This document shows, piece after piece, positions 16,566-25,587 of a stretch of DNA of 32,000 bases (within the stretch, counting starts at the first letter, position 1; every line of letters begins with the position of its first letter). Made by a program: the position numbers and the translations under genes. The DNA lies in contig JAJRVL010000004.1 in NCBI GenBank assembly GCA_024277355.1, positions 360,001 to 392,000 of the forward strand. Direction: 5' to 3'. The notes below the pieces were generated by a model that was given only the letters and a program-made list of their open reading frames with translations, was not told the origin of the DNA and made no database searches. Source of the DNA: an archaeon (GTDB lineage: Archaea; Iainarchaeota; Iainarchaeia; Iainarchaeales; 1-14-0-10-31-34).

Positions 16566-17375
16566 ATGACTAAAGAAGAAAATACTAAAAACAAAATTAT
16601 AGAAATTTTAAGTGAAAACTGGCCATTAACAGCAAAACAAATTTATAATAGACTTCAAAGAAATTATGCTATTTCAGTTTCATATCAAGCAGTACATAAA
16701 CAATTAAAGCAAATGATGGAAGAAAAAAATATTTCAAAAACTCAGTCAGAATATATTATAAATGAAGAATGGATAAAAAAAATTCAAAATAATGCTGAGT
16801 TAATAGCAGAAAAAATCAAAAACAAACAAAAAGGAACAAATTTAATTGAAATGAATGAAAGAGAATCCAGAAATTTTGTATTTAAGGGAATATTAGAAAT
16901 TGGCTGGTTTTTGATTGATAAAATAATGAAAGCACCAAATCCTGAAAACAAACCTTGCCTTGCATTATGGAGATTTTGTTATTCATTAGTTGGATTAGAT
17001 GAAAAACATTTAACTGGATTTAAAGAAGTATGCAAAATAAACAAGTGGTACATGAGAGTAGAAGAAGAAAATGAAGCAGATAAAATGTTTGGAATAACAC
17101 TTAAAGAATATGGCATAAAAGAAATTAAATATGGAATAAAAGGTTGTGCAACAAAACTCAGTGATAAAATAATTATTGGAGATTACATAGCAGAAATAAT
17201 TTATCCTAAAGGATTCAGAAAAATATGGGAAATACAAAACAGGCTTCCAAAACAACTTGCAAAATTTAATATAGGAAAACACATACAACTAATGAGATTA
17301 CCCCAACCAAAAATAACAGTTATAATAACAAAAAACAAAGAACTAGCAGAAGAATACAGAAAAATGTATTTTTAG
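16566..17375 (+). CDS. winged-HTH regulator with the same C-terminal unknown domain (paralog C)
   Basis: IIEILSENWPLTAKQIYNRLQRNYAISVSYQAVHKQLKQMMEEKNISK, then ..LALWRFCY.., ..IIGDYIAEIIYP.., ..ITVIITKNKELAEEYRK. It starts 2 nt after the paralog B stop and ends in TAG. Confidence 0.65.
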   Translation: MTKEENTKNKIIEILSENWPLTAKQIYNRLQRNYAISVSYQAVHKQLKQMMEEKNISKTQSEYIINEEWIKKIQNNAELIAEKIKNKQKGTNLIEMNERESRNFVFKGILEIGWFLIDKIMKAPNPENKPCLALWRFCYSLVGLDEKHLTGFKEVCKINKWYMRVEEENEADKMFGITLKEYGIKEIKYGIKGCATKLSDKIIIGDYIAEIIYPKGFRKIWEIQNRLPKQLAKFNIGKHIQLMRLPQPKITVIITKNKELAEEYRKMYF

Positions 17376-17564
17376 TTAAAAAAACTGAAAAGAATAAAAA
17401 AATTTCCAAAACGGTTAAAATACATTTTTTAAAGATAAGAAATAATAAACATGGAAAAAAAAGTTTAAAAAAATAAATTTTAAAATATTAAATAAATAAT
17501 TTCAATATTTAAACTTAACTCATCCTTTTTAAAATTATGCTTCGCTATTAATTACGGTGCTAAC

Positions 17565-18425
17565 TTGAAAGATTTAGAAAGACAATATAAAAAAACCATT
17601 AAACTAAATTTAAAAAAATTAAATTACATTGTAAAAAAAGAAATAAAAATCAAAAACCCTCAAGCAAATAAAATTATAGAAAATTCTTTGAATATTGCAT
17701 ATAAACATCTTGCTAAAAAATGGTTAAATGAGGAAAAATATTTAAGAACATATTTTGCAAAAAAAGCAATACCATTCTATCCTGAAAAAATCATAAATTT
17801 ATCAATATCTTTAGATGCTACTATAAATATATTAGACGATTTATTTGATGAAAAATTAGAAACAGAAATCAAAGCACTTTATATATTAGAACTTTTAAGA
17901 AGTTTAACTGTTACTTATAACCATAAATATAATAAAAAAATCACTGAAATAATGGAAAATTATTTTAATAAGATAATATCAATAGCAGTTTTAGAAAGTT
18001 TTTACAAAGAACTTTTAGAAAAAGAAACAGACTTCGATAAAGTAGTTGAGTTATCTATGCAAATTTATGATTGTAGAAGTTTAGATATGGATATATACGT
18101 AGAATTACCCCTAATGAACAAGAAATTAAAAAATAAAAAAGAAATTATGGAGATTTCAAGAACATTTAGAGCAGTAAATTTAATAAAAAAAGATATAACT
18201 GATTTAAAACACGATGAAGAAAATCAAATATATAATGGAATCAGATCTGCAGATAAAAAAGGCTTTAGAAACCCCTTAATACTAACACTTATTAATTTTT
18301 ATGAAAAAAGAGCAATTCAAATCAAAAGGAAAAATAATGGAAAAATAATAAGAAATTTTTTTGAAATGATTGAAGAAGAAAACATTAAAATAAAAAAATC
18401 GATTGAGAAATTACATCTTATTTAA
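17565..18425 (+). CDS. all-alpha hypothetical protein with a DDxxD motif (possible divergent class I isoprenoid-synthase-like fold)
   Basis: 286-aa ORF with a TTG start. Its composition looks predicted-helical. LSISLDATINILDDLFDEKLE (DDLFD at 17835-17849) resembles the first Asp-rich motif of polyprenyl/terpene synthases. A degenerate acidic patch, LIKKDITDLKHDEEN, lies about 120 aa later. The functional call is weak. Confidence 0.3.
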   Translation: MKDLERQYKKTIKLNLKKLNYIVKKEIKIKNPQANKIIENSLNIAYKHLAKKWLNEEKYLRTYFAKKAIPFYPEKIINLSISLDATINILDDLFDEKLETEIKALYILELLRSLTVTYNHKYNKKITEIMENYFNKIISIAVLESFYKELLEKETDFDKVVELSMQIYDCRSLDMDIYVELPLMNKKLKNKKEIMEISRTFRAVNLIKKDITDLKHDEENQIYNGIRSADKKGFRNPLILTLINFYEKRAIQIKRKNNGKIIRNFFEMIEEENIKIKKSIEKLHLI

Positions 18426-19079
18426 TTTATCTATAATATATGAGGATAATTCAGCTTCATTCTCTTCATTAAATTCAATAAAAATTTTATTTTGAAGTGG
18501 CAAAAGTTTATCCAATTTATATCTTTTATAAGCAACATCCCAAACTCCTCTGCTCTTTAATTCTTCTTCAGTCCCTGTAATAAAATCACAGACTGGATCT
18601 CCTTTTATCATACACGAAGTTTCCACATTTTGACACAATTTATTATGAACTAAACAACCACCACCAGCCATAGATCCTGCTACAAAAATATCTAAAGGTT
18701 CCATAATTTTTTCATCTTTAAAATATTTAGTAATAGGATTTGTTTTAACTACAAAATGAGTATATTTTCCAGGATAATAATCATGAGTTTTATATAATCC
18801 TAAACCCATAGCTTCTGCTAAATCCATTCCTAGAGAATATATTTGATCCTGCGTTTTAAGATTAAAACTATGCACTACAGATCTAACTAAAACAAACCCC
18901 CAATACCAAGAAAGCATATAAAATTTATAAAGATTATTTTCTTTCATATAATATTTTGTTAATTCTGCCACAAAAAAAGACGGTAAAAGCGTCAAATAAG
19001 TTCCTTTAAGTTCAATAACACCATTCTCAAATTTTAGTTGTTTGGTCATTAATAATTTAGCTAAAAGACCCATTACCAT
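18411..19079 (-). CDS. V4R (4-vinyl reductase-like) small-molecule-binding domain protein
   Basis: 222-aa protein. Its N-terminus is LLMTKQLKFENGVIELKGTYLTLLPSFFVAELTKYY. It also has the Cys-bearing element AGSMAGGGCLVHNKLCQNVETSCMIKGDPVCDFITG, typical of V4R domains. AAGGTG lies upstream, 18 nt after the KaiC-like stop. Confidence 0.5.
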   Translation of the reverse strand: MVMGLLAKLLMTKQLKFENGVIELKGTYLTLLPSFFVAELTKYYMKENNLYKFYMLSWYWGFVLVRSVVHSFNLKTQDQIYSLGMDLAEAMGLGLYKTHDYYPGKYTHFVVKTNPITKYFKDEKIMEPLDIFVAGSMAGGGCLVHNKLCQNVETSCMIKGDPVCDFITGTEEELKSRGVWDVAYKRYKLDKLLPLQNKIFIEFNEENEAELSSYIIDKLNKM

Positions 19080-19097
19080 TTAAAACACCTTTAATAT

Positions 19098-19856
19098 TCA
19101 CTTTATTAGAGTTGTTTCTTCTCCAACTGTTAATCCTTTTTCATTTATAACTGTGGAAAACATTCCATGTTGATGAGAAGTATATCTCATCTTTCTTATT
19201 TGAATATTTCCAAAATTTTCCCCACCTATTGTCGTATGATAAAGTAAAATTACTCCATCGCAGATATATTCGCTTAATCCATCTGCACTTAACTGCCCAC
19301 CCTGTTCAGGCAGTTCTGTTGTCAGTAATGCGGTTGCATCAAAGTTTTTCAACTCATTAATTAGTGCAGTTAAGATTTTTTTGCTCATTAGTTTTTCTGA
19401 AAAGAATTGTGGAATAACATTGTTTTGGATTGTTGTTATGCTCCATGATTGTTTTGAGTAATCTGTTACTGCCATGTAATCAGATAAAGTTGACATTGAA
19501 TCAATGACTAAACGTTTTGGTTTAAAGTTTTTTATTGCTTCTCTTGTTTTTTCAATGAAATTTCCGCCTTTAATTATATCAATATAAATAACTTTTAGTA
19601 ATCCTTTTTCTTCTAGTTCCCATAAATTCCAGCCATATTGTTCGCCTTGTTTTTTTAGTTCTCCGTCTGACTGTTCAGTGGAAATATATAATCCTCTTTC
19701 TTTGAACATTTTTGCGCCGTTAACTAAATACTGCATGCATAAAGTACTTTTTCCTGTTCCTGCTCCGCCTGAAACTAAAACTAAATTTCTTGCAGGAATT
19801 CCGCCATTTAAGGCTTTATCTAATCCTTCAATTCCAGTTTTAACTCTTTCAACCAT
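19098..19856 (-). CDS. KaiC-like RecA-superfamily ATPase (single domain)
   Basis: GIEGLDKALNGGIPARNLVLVSGGAGTGKSTLCMQYL (Walker A) and KPKRLVIDSMS (Walker B). It is about 250 aa with one RecA/KaiC domain. I placed the start at ATG 19856; the track uses TTG 19859. It ends in TGA. Confidence 0.8.
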   Translation of the reverse strand: MVERVKTGIEGLDKALNGGIPARNLVLVSGGAGTGKSTLCMQYLVNGAKMFKERGLYISTEQSDGELKKQGEQYGWNLWELEEKGLLKVIYIDIIKGGNFIEKTREAIKNFKPKRLVIDSMSTLSDYMAVTDYSKQSWSITTIQNNVIPQFFSEKLMSKKILTALINELKNFDATALLTTELPEQGGQLSADGLSEYICDGVILLYHTTIGGENFGNIQIRKMRYTSHQHGMFSTVINEKGLTVGEETTLIK

Positions 19857-20115
19857 CAAACCACACTCTCAAAAAAACCTCAAGTTTATTAGATTACAAC
19901 GTCATGGTTTAAAAACTTTTACTAAAAAGAAAACAAAAAGAAAATGAATTAAACAAACAATAAAACAGACAAACATTAATAAAAAACAAAAGAAATTAAA
20001 CAAACGAATAGAAATCAACTAAATAAACAAACAATAAAGAAAAACAAAAGAAATACATTTAAATAAAGAATTAAACATAATTTGTATTAAAGTTATTACT
20101 TTGGAGGGAATAAAA

Positions 20116-21231
20116 ATGAAGAAAATTTTTGTTTTATTAACAATAATATTTTTAGCTAGTTTTTCAATGGCGTTAATTAAACCTTTACTTAATACAAATG
20201 AAATAACAGAAATAACACCTAAAGAAAGTGTTGAGGATACAAAAATATATTCTTATTCGCTTTGCAATGGAATAGACTTTCCAATATATGGAGATTCAGG
20301 AAATTTTGAAGGATACCGTTATGGAGGAGATGTATTAACAGAACAAGCAGGAATATGCAATGTAAGAAATAGACACACCGTTGGAACTTGGATGGTTCCT
20401 ATAGATGCAAATTTAGCAATACTTGACATGCCTGAAGATGTAAGCAGATTTCCAGGATTAACTTATCCTGACGGAATGATTGGAAACATTACTTTACCAA
20501 TCTGGAGAATTGGAAGATATGTTGAAGCAGACTTAAACTGGAATAAGCCGGAAGATTATTGTTTTACAGAAAAATATACTACAAGAAATATAACAGGACA
20601 ATTACTGCCCTTAATAAATTATTGGGGGAATGTATTTGATAATTCAAAACTCTCTGTTTCCATATTTAAATATTTAAATGGAAGTTGGTCACAAGTTGAT
20701 TTTGATTACATATATCTACAAGTAAAAAACATCAATAAACCTTTGCTTGGAGTAGGAACAGACAAACAAAATTATACTGTAATTGAAAACGGAACAGCAA
20801 AAATAAAATTAACAATAACAGATGATGACTTGTTATGTGGAGAACCTGACTGGAATGTAGCTTCAAGTTATAAAGTTAATTATAAAAGTGCAGAAACATT
20901 TGAAATCAGAATTAATGGAACACCAATAGATTCAACTGATGCAAATAGCGGTGCTTTTGGAGTTAAGTTAATTGGAAGCAATCAAGGAGAATTAACAATA
21001 ACCTTAAACGCTGAAGACTTTAATTTAGGAGCACAAGATTTAAACATCACAGTAATAGACACAGACGGATACCACCAAGGCTCAGGATCAACTGTTGGAG
21101 AATTTGCAGTAGACCAATATTACAATCAAATAGAAAAAACAGTTCAACTTAATGTAATCCAAACAAGTACTTCTTGCACACCTCAATTTGATAAAACAAC
21201 ACTGAACTGGATTTTTTGTTCTCAAATATAA
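20116..21231 (+). CDS. secreted protein, unknown function
   Basis: Trimmed to ATG 20116 behind GGAGGG. The signal peptide is MKKIFVLLTIIFLASFSMA. The protein has Asn/Thr-rich beta-type composition and many N-x-S/T sequons. Confidence 0.6.
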   Translation: MKKIFVLLTIIFLASFSMALIKPLLNTNEITEITPKESVEDTKIYSYSLCNGIDFPIYGDSGNFEGYRYGGDVLTEQAGICNVRNRHTVGTWMVPIDANLAILDMPEDVSRFPGLTYPDGMIGNITLPIWRIGRYVEADLNWNKPEDYCFTEKYTTRNITGQLLPLINYWGNVFDNSKLSVSIFKYLNGSWSQVDFDYIYLQVKNINKPLLGVGTDKQNYTVIENGTAKIKLTITDDDLLCGEPDWNVASSYKVNYKSAETFEIRINGTPIDSTDANSGAFGVKLIGSNQGELTITLNAEDFNLGAQDLNITVIDTDGYHQGSGSTVGEFAVDQYYNQIEKTVQLNVIQTSTSCTPQFDKTTLNWIFCSQI

Positions 21232-21233
21232 AA

Positions 21234-21269
21234 AGCCTTTTCAAAAAGGCTCTACTTTTTCTTTTTTTT
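21234..21269 (+). terminator. hairpin + oligo-T terminator candidate
   Basis: AGCCTTTT/AAAAGGCT inverted repeat (21234-21251) starts 3 nt after the TAA stop. It is followed by CTACTTTTTCTTTTTTTT, and oligo-T tracts are archaeal termination signals. Confidence 0.5.
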
Positions 21270-21314
21270 ATTAAAAGAAACAATTAAATTTTAGTCTGCT
21301 TTAATAATAAAAGC

Positions 21315-23486
21315 ATGAAAAAAAAATTAATTCTCATTTTAGTATTTTTATTTTTTTTAGTTAATGTTAATGCATACGAAATAAACCTTGATGTAAACCA
21401 AATACAAGATGTAATTCCAAAACAAGAATTCTGGCATTGGATGATATTAAACTGGGATTACACAGGGCCTTCCTCAGGAGACCAAAACTGGCAAACCTGT
21501 GACTTTGAAAGTCCGGATAAAAATTATGGAATAACTTTAACTGAAAATAAAAATGAATATTCTATTCAAGAAAGTTTTGGGCCGACAACAGTTTTTGATG
21601 AGTGTTCGCCTGAAGGTTCAGATTTAAGATGCACTGCAAAAACAAGTTATTTTTTTAAAGTTAAAACAAACAGTACCAGCCAAAATTACACTATCCCAGT
21701 TAACATAAGAGGAATCTGCGGGGTAATTGAAACTCCAACTGAATTCCCAGTTGACATGAATTATGATTATAATTTTACTTTTGATTCAAGTTATGAAACT
21801 ATATTACCTGATGTTAATGTAAAAAGCTGGTGGGGAAAACGTTCTTCTTTTGGTTCCCCAGAAATAAAAGATGCAGTTTTGAAAATGGTTTCCCATGACC
21901 CTCAAAATAAAAATATTATTGATGTTGAATGGATTGTTTCAAATGATTGTCCTGATAAGTCAAGTGTTGATACTGGAATTTATTCTTCTGATGTTAATTC
22001 AACTTTGAATTTAATGTGCAATAAGCCCGGAACACAAATTGTTGTTGTTAAAGCAACAAATCAAGATGGTTATTCTGGTTATAGTGCTGCTTTAACTTAT
22101 TTTTCTGATAATAATGATGAAGTTGAATTTGATGGAGATTATGGTGTTTTAGTTACTTTACCTAATTCAGATAGACTAGAATTATTTTGGACACCTGAAG
22201 AAAATTTTGATTATCGTTTAGCTGAAATTAGTAAATTAAAGAAAACAGTTATAATAAAAAATACAGGGAATGGTTTTCCAACAGAACCAAACAACAATAT
22301 AACTCGGATTAATTCAACTGCTTTTACTTCAGTTTTAAATCCTGATTGCCCTTTAATACAATACAAAGGAGGCGGATCTGCTTTTAATGGAGAAGATTTT
22401 AATATTATAGAAAGAGATTATGCCTTTTTTTGTCAGCCTGGAAACCATAACTTAAAAATTTCTTCAACTGGAAATTATTCTAATGGAAGTCCTTATTCTT
22501 TAATTGATGACTTTAATTTTGTTGTTCCAGATATTAATGTACATGTAATAAACATGAAAACAACTTCTGAAACTTTGCCTACTTATGGAATTATTTACGG
22601 AGAAGACGGAAGACTTGACTTAAATATTGTAATAAATAATTATTCTCCTGAGTTTGTAGGAATAACTGATGTAAATTTATATTATACTGAAAACACAAGC
22701 AATGCAACATATTATAATTCAAATATTACCTGCACTTCAGCTGACATAAATAGTTTTTCTGAAACTGACACTAAATGGAAAATTAATTCTTATTTAGAAT
22801 GCACTGATTTTCATTTATTTAATTCAATAATTAAATTAAGTGACGGAAGCGAATATATTCCTGGAGGAATAACTGTTTTTTGGATAAACACGCCAACAGA
22901 TAAACTTAAAAATGATTCAACTATAATGGAAAATTTATATGATGACATATGGGATCCTAATACAGGTTATGTGTGCAACTGGAAACTAGAAGACTGCAAA
23001 GCACCAGGAGCGGGGAGTTCAGGAAATCAAGCAGAAGGCGCAATTATTTTGCCTGAATCACAATTAATTGTAACTACAGGAGACTTAATTAGATTTTATT
23101 CAACTGTAACAAATGTAAGTAATAAAAAGTTAGGTGCAAAAATAGAACTTGTAATAATTGATTCACAAGGGAATACTGCAGCAACTCTTTCACAAGAAAT
23201 AGTTGAGGGTCTAAGTCAAGGAATTGATCCTTTAACAAAATATGAATTTAATATATTGTTTTATGACACTGAATTCCTAAAAGAAAATGAATTATACACT
23301 GTTACTTCAACTATTTATTGGATGCCTGCACCGGGATTTTATGAATTAGATGAAAAACCATTAAATAACACTAAACTAACTTATTTTTATGTAATAGGAG
23401 AAAGTGCTGTAGAAAATTTACCTGAAACAAATTTAATTGGAATAATAATTATTTTGTTTTCAGTTTTCGTTATTTTAAAAAAATAA
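21315..23486 (+). CDS. large secreted surface protein with C-terminal LPETN-TM-KK sorting/anchor signal
   Basis: 723-aa protein with signal peptide MKKKLILILVFLFFLVNVNA. Its composition is beta-rich, Asn/Thr-rich and glycoprotein-like. The C-terminus is ...ENLPETNLIGIIIILFSVFVILKK. Confidence 0.7.
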   Translation: MKKKLILILVFLFFLVNVNAYEINLDVNQIQDVIPKQEFWHWMILNWDYTGPSSGDQNWQTCDFESPDKNYGITLTENKNEYSIQESFGPTTVFDECSPEGSDLRCTAKTSYFFKVKTNSTSQNYTIPVNIRGICGVIETPTEFPVDMNYDYNFTFDSSYETILPDVNVKSWWGKRSSFGSPEIKDAVLKMVSHDPQNKNIIDVEWIVSNDCPDKSSVDTGIYSSDVNSTLNLMCNKPGTQIVVVKATNQDGYSGYSAALTYFSDNNDEVEFDGDYGVLVTLPNSDRLELFWTPEENFDYRLAEISKLKKTVIIKNTGNGFPTEPNNNITRINSTAFTSVLNPDCPLIQYKGGGSAFNGEDFNIIERDYAFFCQPGNHNLKISSTGNYSNGSPYSLIDDFNFVVPDINVHVINMKTTSETLPTYGIIYGEDGRLDLNIVINNYSPEFVGITDVNLYYTENTSNATYYNSNITCTSADINSFSETDTKWKINSYLECTDFHLFNSIIKLSDGSEYIPGGITVFWINTPTDKLKNDSTIMENLYDDIWDPNTGYVCNWKLEDCKAPGAGSSGNQAEGAIILPESQLIVTTGDLIRFYSTVTNVSNKKLGAKIELVIIDSQGNTAATLSQEIVEGLSQGIDPLTKYEFNILFYDTEFLKENELYTVTSTIYWMPAPGFYELDEKPLNNTKLTYFYVIGESAVENLPETNLIGIIIILFSVFVILKK

Positions 23487-23547
23487 ATTTAAATTATTAA
23501 CAAAAACAAAACTTTAAATTAATAAACTATAAGAAATTTGTGAGAAC

Positions 23548-24612
23548 ATGGAATTCAAAGAATACTTAAAAAAAAATCAAAATTTAATTGATGCTGAAAT
23601 GAAAGAATTTTTTCCAAGAAAACTGGAAAAAAAATGGCTGGAAAAAGCTTTAGGCAAAGCAGAATTTCAGTTAGATGAAAAAACTTTAACTAAAAGTTTA
23701 AGTGAACCAATATGGAATTTTTTGGAAAGAGGCGGAAAAAGATGGCGTCCAAGTTTAATGATTTTAAGTTTTGAAGCTTTAGGCGGAAAAAACAAAAAAA
23801 AAATTTTACCTTTAACTATGCTTCCTGAATTTTTGCATAACGGAAGCATTATGATTGATGATATTGAAGATTCATCTGAATTAAGAAGAGGAAAAAAATG
23901 CACTCATTTATTGTTTGGACAAGACATTGCGATTAATGCAGGAAATGCAATGTATTTTTTGCCGTTTATGTTATTGTATAGAAATGAACTGAAATTAAAA
24001 GACAAAACTATTCGAAAAATTTATGATTTATGTTCAATTGAAATGATGAGATTAAGTGCAGGGCAAGGAATGGATATTTTATGGCATAAAGAAAATCAAA
24101 ACCATTTAACTGAAGAGCATTACTTGCAGATGTGTGCATATAAAACCGGAGCTTTATCCAGAATGAGTGCAAAATTAGGTGCAATTTTAACTGAAGCAAC
24201 AGAAAAAGAAATACAAAAAATAGGAAAATATGCTGAAAGCATTGGAATAGCTTTCCAGATTCAAGACGATGTACTTAATTTAGTTGGAGAAGAATTCAGC
24301 AAAGGAAAAGGAATAGGCGAAGACATTCATGAAGGAAAAAAAACTTTGATTTTACTGCATACCTTAAAAAAAGCAAGCAAAGAAGACAAAAAAAGATTAG
24401 AAGAAATTATTGCAATGCATCCTGAAGAACAGGAAATAATAAACGAAGCAATAGGCATAATGGAAAAATATGATTCAATTGAATATGCAAAACAAAAAGC
24501 AAGAAATTTAATTAAAAAAAGCTGGAAAGAAGTTGAACCATACTTAAAAAAAGGAAAAGCAAAAGACTTATTAAAAAAATTCGGAGAATACTTAATTGAA
24601 AGGGAAATATAA
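23548..24612 (+). CDS. trans-polyprenyl diphosphate synthase (GGPP synthase family; chain length not determinable by eye)
   Basis: GGKRWRP, the first Asp-rich motif LHNGSIMIDDIEDSSELRRGK, the second Asp-rich motif IAFQIQDDVLNL, and GKGIGEDIHEGKKT. Confidence 0.9.
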   Translation: MEFKEYLKKNQNLIDAEMKEFFPRKLEKKWLEKALGKAEFQLDEKTLTKSLSEPIWNFLERGGKRWRPSLMILSFEALGGKNKKKILPLTMLPEFLHNGSIMIDDIEDSSELRRGKKCTHLLFGQDIAINAGNAMYFLPFMLLYRNELKLKDKTIRKIYDLCSIEMMRLSAGQGMDILWHKENQNHLTEEHYLQMCAYKTGALSRMSAKLGAILTEATEKEIQKIGKYAESIGIAFQIQDDVLNLVGEEFSKGKGIGEDIHEGKKTLILLHTLKKASKEDKKRLEEIIAMHPEEQEIINEAIGIMEKYDSIEYAKQKARNLIKKSWKEVEPYLKKGKAKDLLKKFGEYLIEREI

Positions 24613-24743
24613 TAAATGAAATAATAGAATAATAAAGCAACATAAAAAGCTTTAAAAAAGGTTTTGAAGGCAAATATTAAAGTAAAAACTCTATTTTTTT
24701 AGAGAATTAAATCCTTATTTATAGCTGTATTAAAAGTGATAAA

Positions 24744-25022
24744 ATGAAAATACCAAAAACAATCAAAATTTACTGTAAAAAATGCAATGAACACCAAGAC
24801 CACAAAATTAAAGTAACTAAATCAAAAAAAGCAAGAGCAGACAGCAAAGGAACAAGAAGATTCCAGAAAAAACACAAAAAAGGTTATGGTGGAAAAGCAA
24901 AATTTACAATTAAACCAAAAAAACAAACAAAAAAACCAAATTTTACAGCAGAATGCAGTAAATGTAAAAGTAAAAAACCTTTTTCAATTCCAAAAAAAAT
25001 GAAAAAAGTTGAAATAGTTTAA
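24744..25022 (+). CDS. rpl44e: 50S ribosomal protein L44e (eL42)
   Basis: 92-aa, very basic protein. It has a CxxC...CxxC zinc ribbon (CKKCNEH...CSKCKSK) and the GTRRFQKKHKKGYGGKAKF core typical of L44e. Confidence 0.85.
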   Translation: MKIPKTIKIYCKKCNEHQDHKIKVTKSKKARADSKGTRRFQKKHKKGYGGKAKFTIKPKKQTKKPNFTAECSKCKSKKPFSIPKKMKKVEIV

Positions 25023-25023
25023 T

Positions 25024-25587
25024 TCATATTTTTGGATTTAACTGTTGCTGAGTATTTTTTTTAGAAAAATCAAATTCTGTGTTTTTGTTTACAATAAATT
25101 CGCATTCAGATGAATTAATTGAAGCACATTTAGTTTCAACACAATCCAAATCCATATCTAAAGCAAAAGAAAAAACTCCTGCAATAATTCCTCTTAAAAT
25201 ATGATCAACTGGTTTCTTTGGTTTATTTTTTAAATTAACAGAAAAAGGCGAAGAAGAAACTAAAAGAATTGACCTTGAATTCTCTTTATCAAAATGAACT
25301 ATTCTTATTTTTCCAAAACCTGAACTGGAAAAAAATTCATTGCAAAAATTAACCAAAGAAGTTCCTGAATATTTTGGTTTAGCCTGAAGTTTAGGAAGAA
25401 AACTTTTAACTGATTTTTTAACTGAAACATAAATTTGTTTTGCCTGATCATCAGAAACAGAAACTAATACTTCAGATAAAATTTCAACAGGAAACAAAAG
25501 AAAAGGAATATCAATAAGAAAAAAATTAGAATGATTAAATTTAATTTGTCCTGTAAAAATAAATTTATCGTAATAATTGTTTAGCAT
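25024..25587 (-). CDS. V4R-like domain protein (second copy in window)
   Basis: Trimmed to ATG 25587 behind GGAGG. FIFTGQIKFNHSNFFLIDIPFLLFPVEILSEVL at the N-terminus and GIIAGVFSFALDMDLDCVETKCASINSSECEFIV near the C-terminus parallel the 18411-19079 protein. Confidence 0.45.
   Translation of the reverse strand: MLNNYYDKFIFTGQIKFNHSNFFLIDIPFLLFPVEILSEVLVSVSDDQAKQIYVSVKKSVKSFLPKLQAKPKYSGTSLVNFCNEFFSSSGFGKIRIVHFDKENSRSILLVSSSPFSVNLKNKPKKPVDHILRGIIAGVFSFALDMDLDCVETKCASINSSECEFIVNKNTEFDFSKKNTQQQLNPKI

Noticed and set aside
19857-20115. A-rich spacer with recurring AAACAAAC(A/G)AATA words between the KaiC-like gene and the secreted-protein gene (similar tract at 27064-27226)
   Set aside because: This is low-complexity sequence with irregular spacing and no defined unit. 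It is most simply a divergent promoter region in a strongly AT-biased genome rather than a repeat element.
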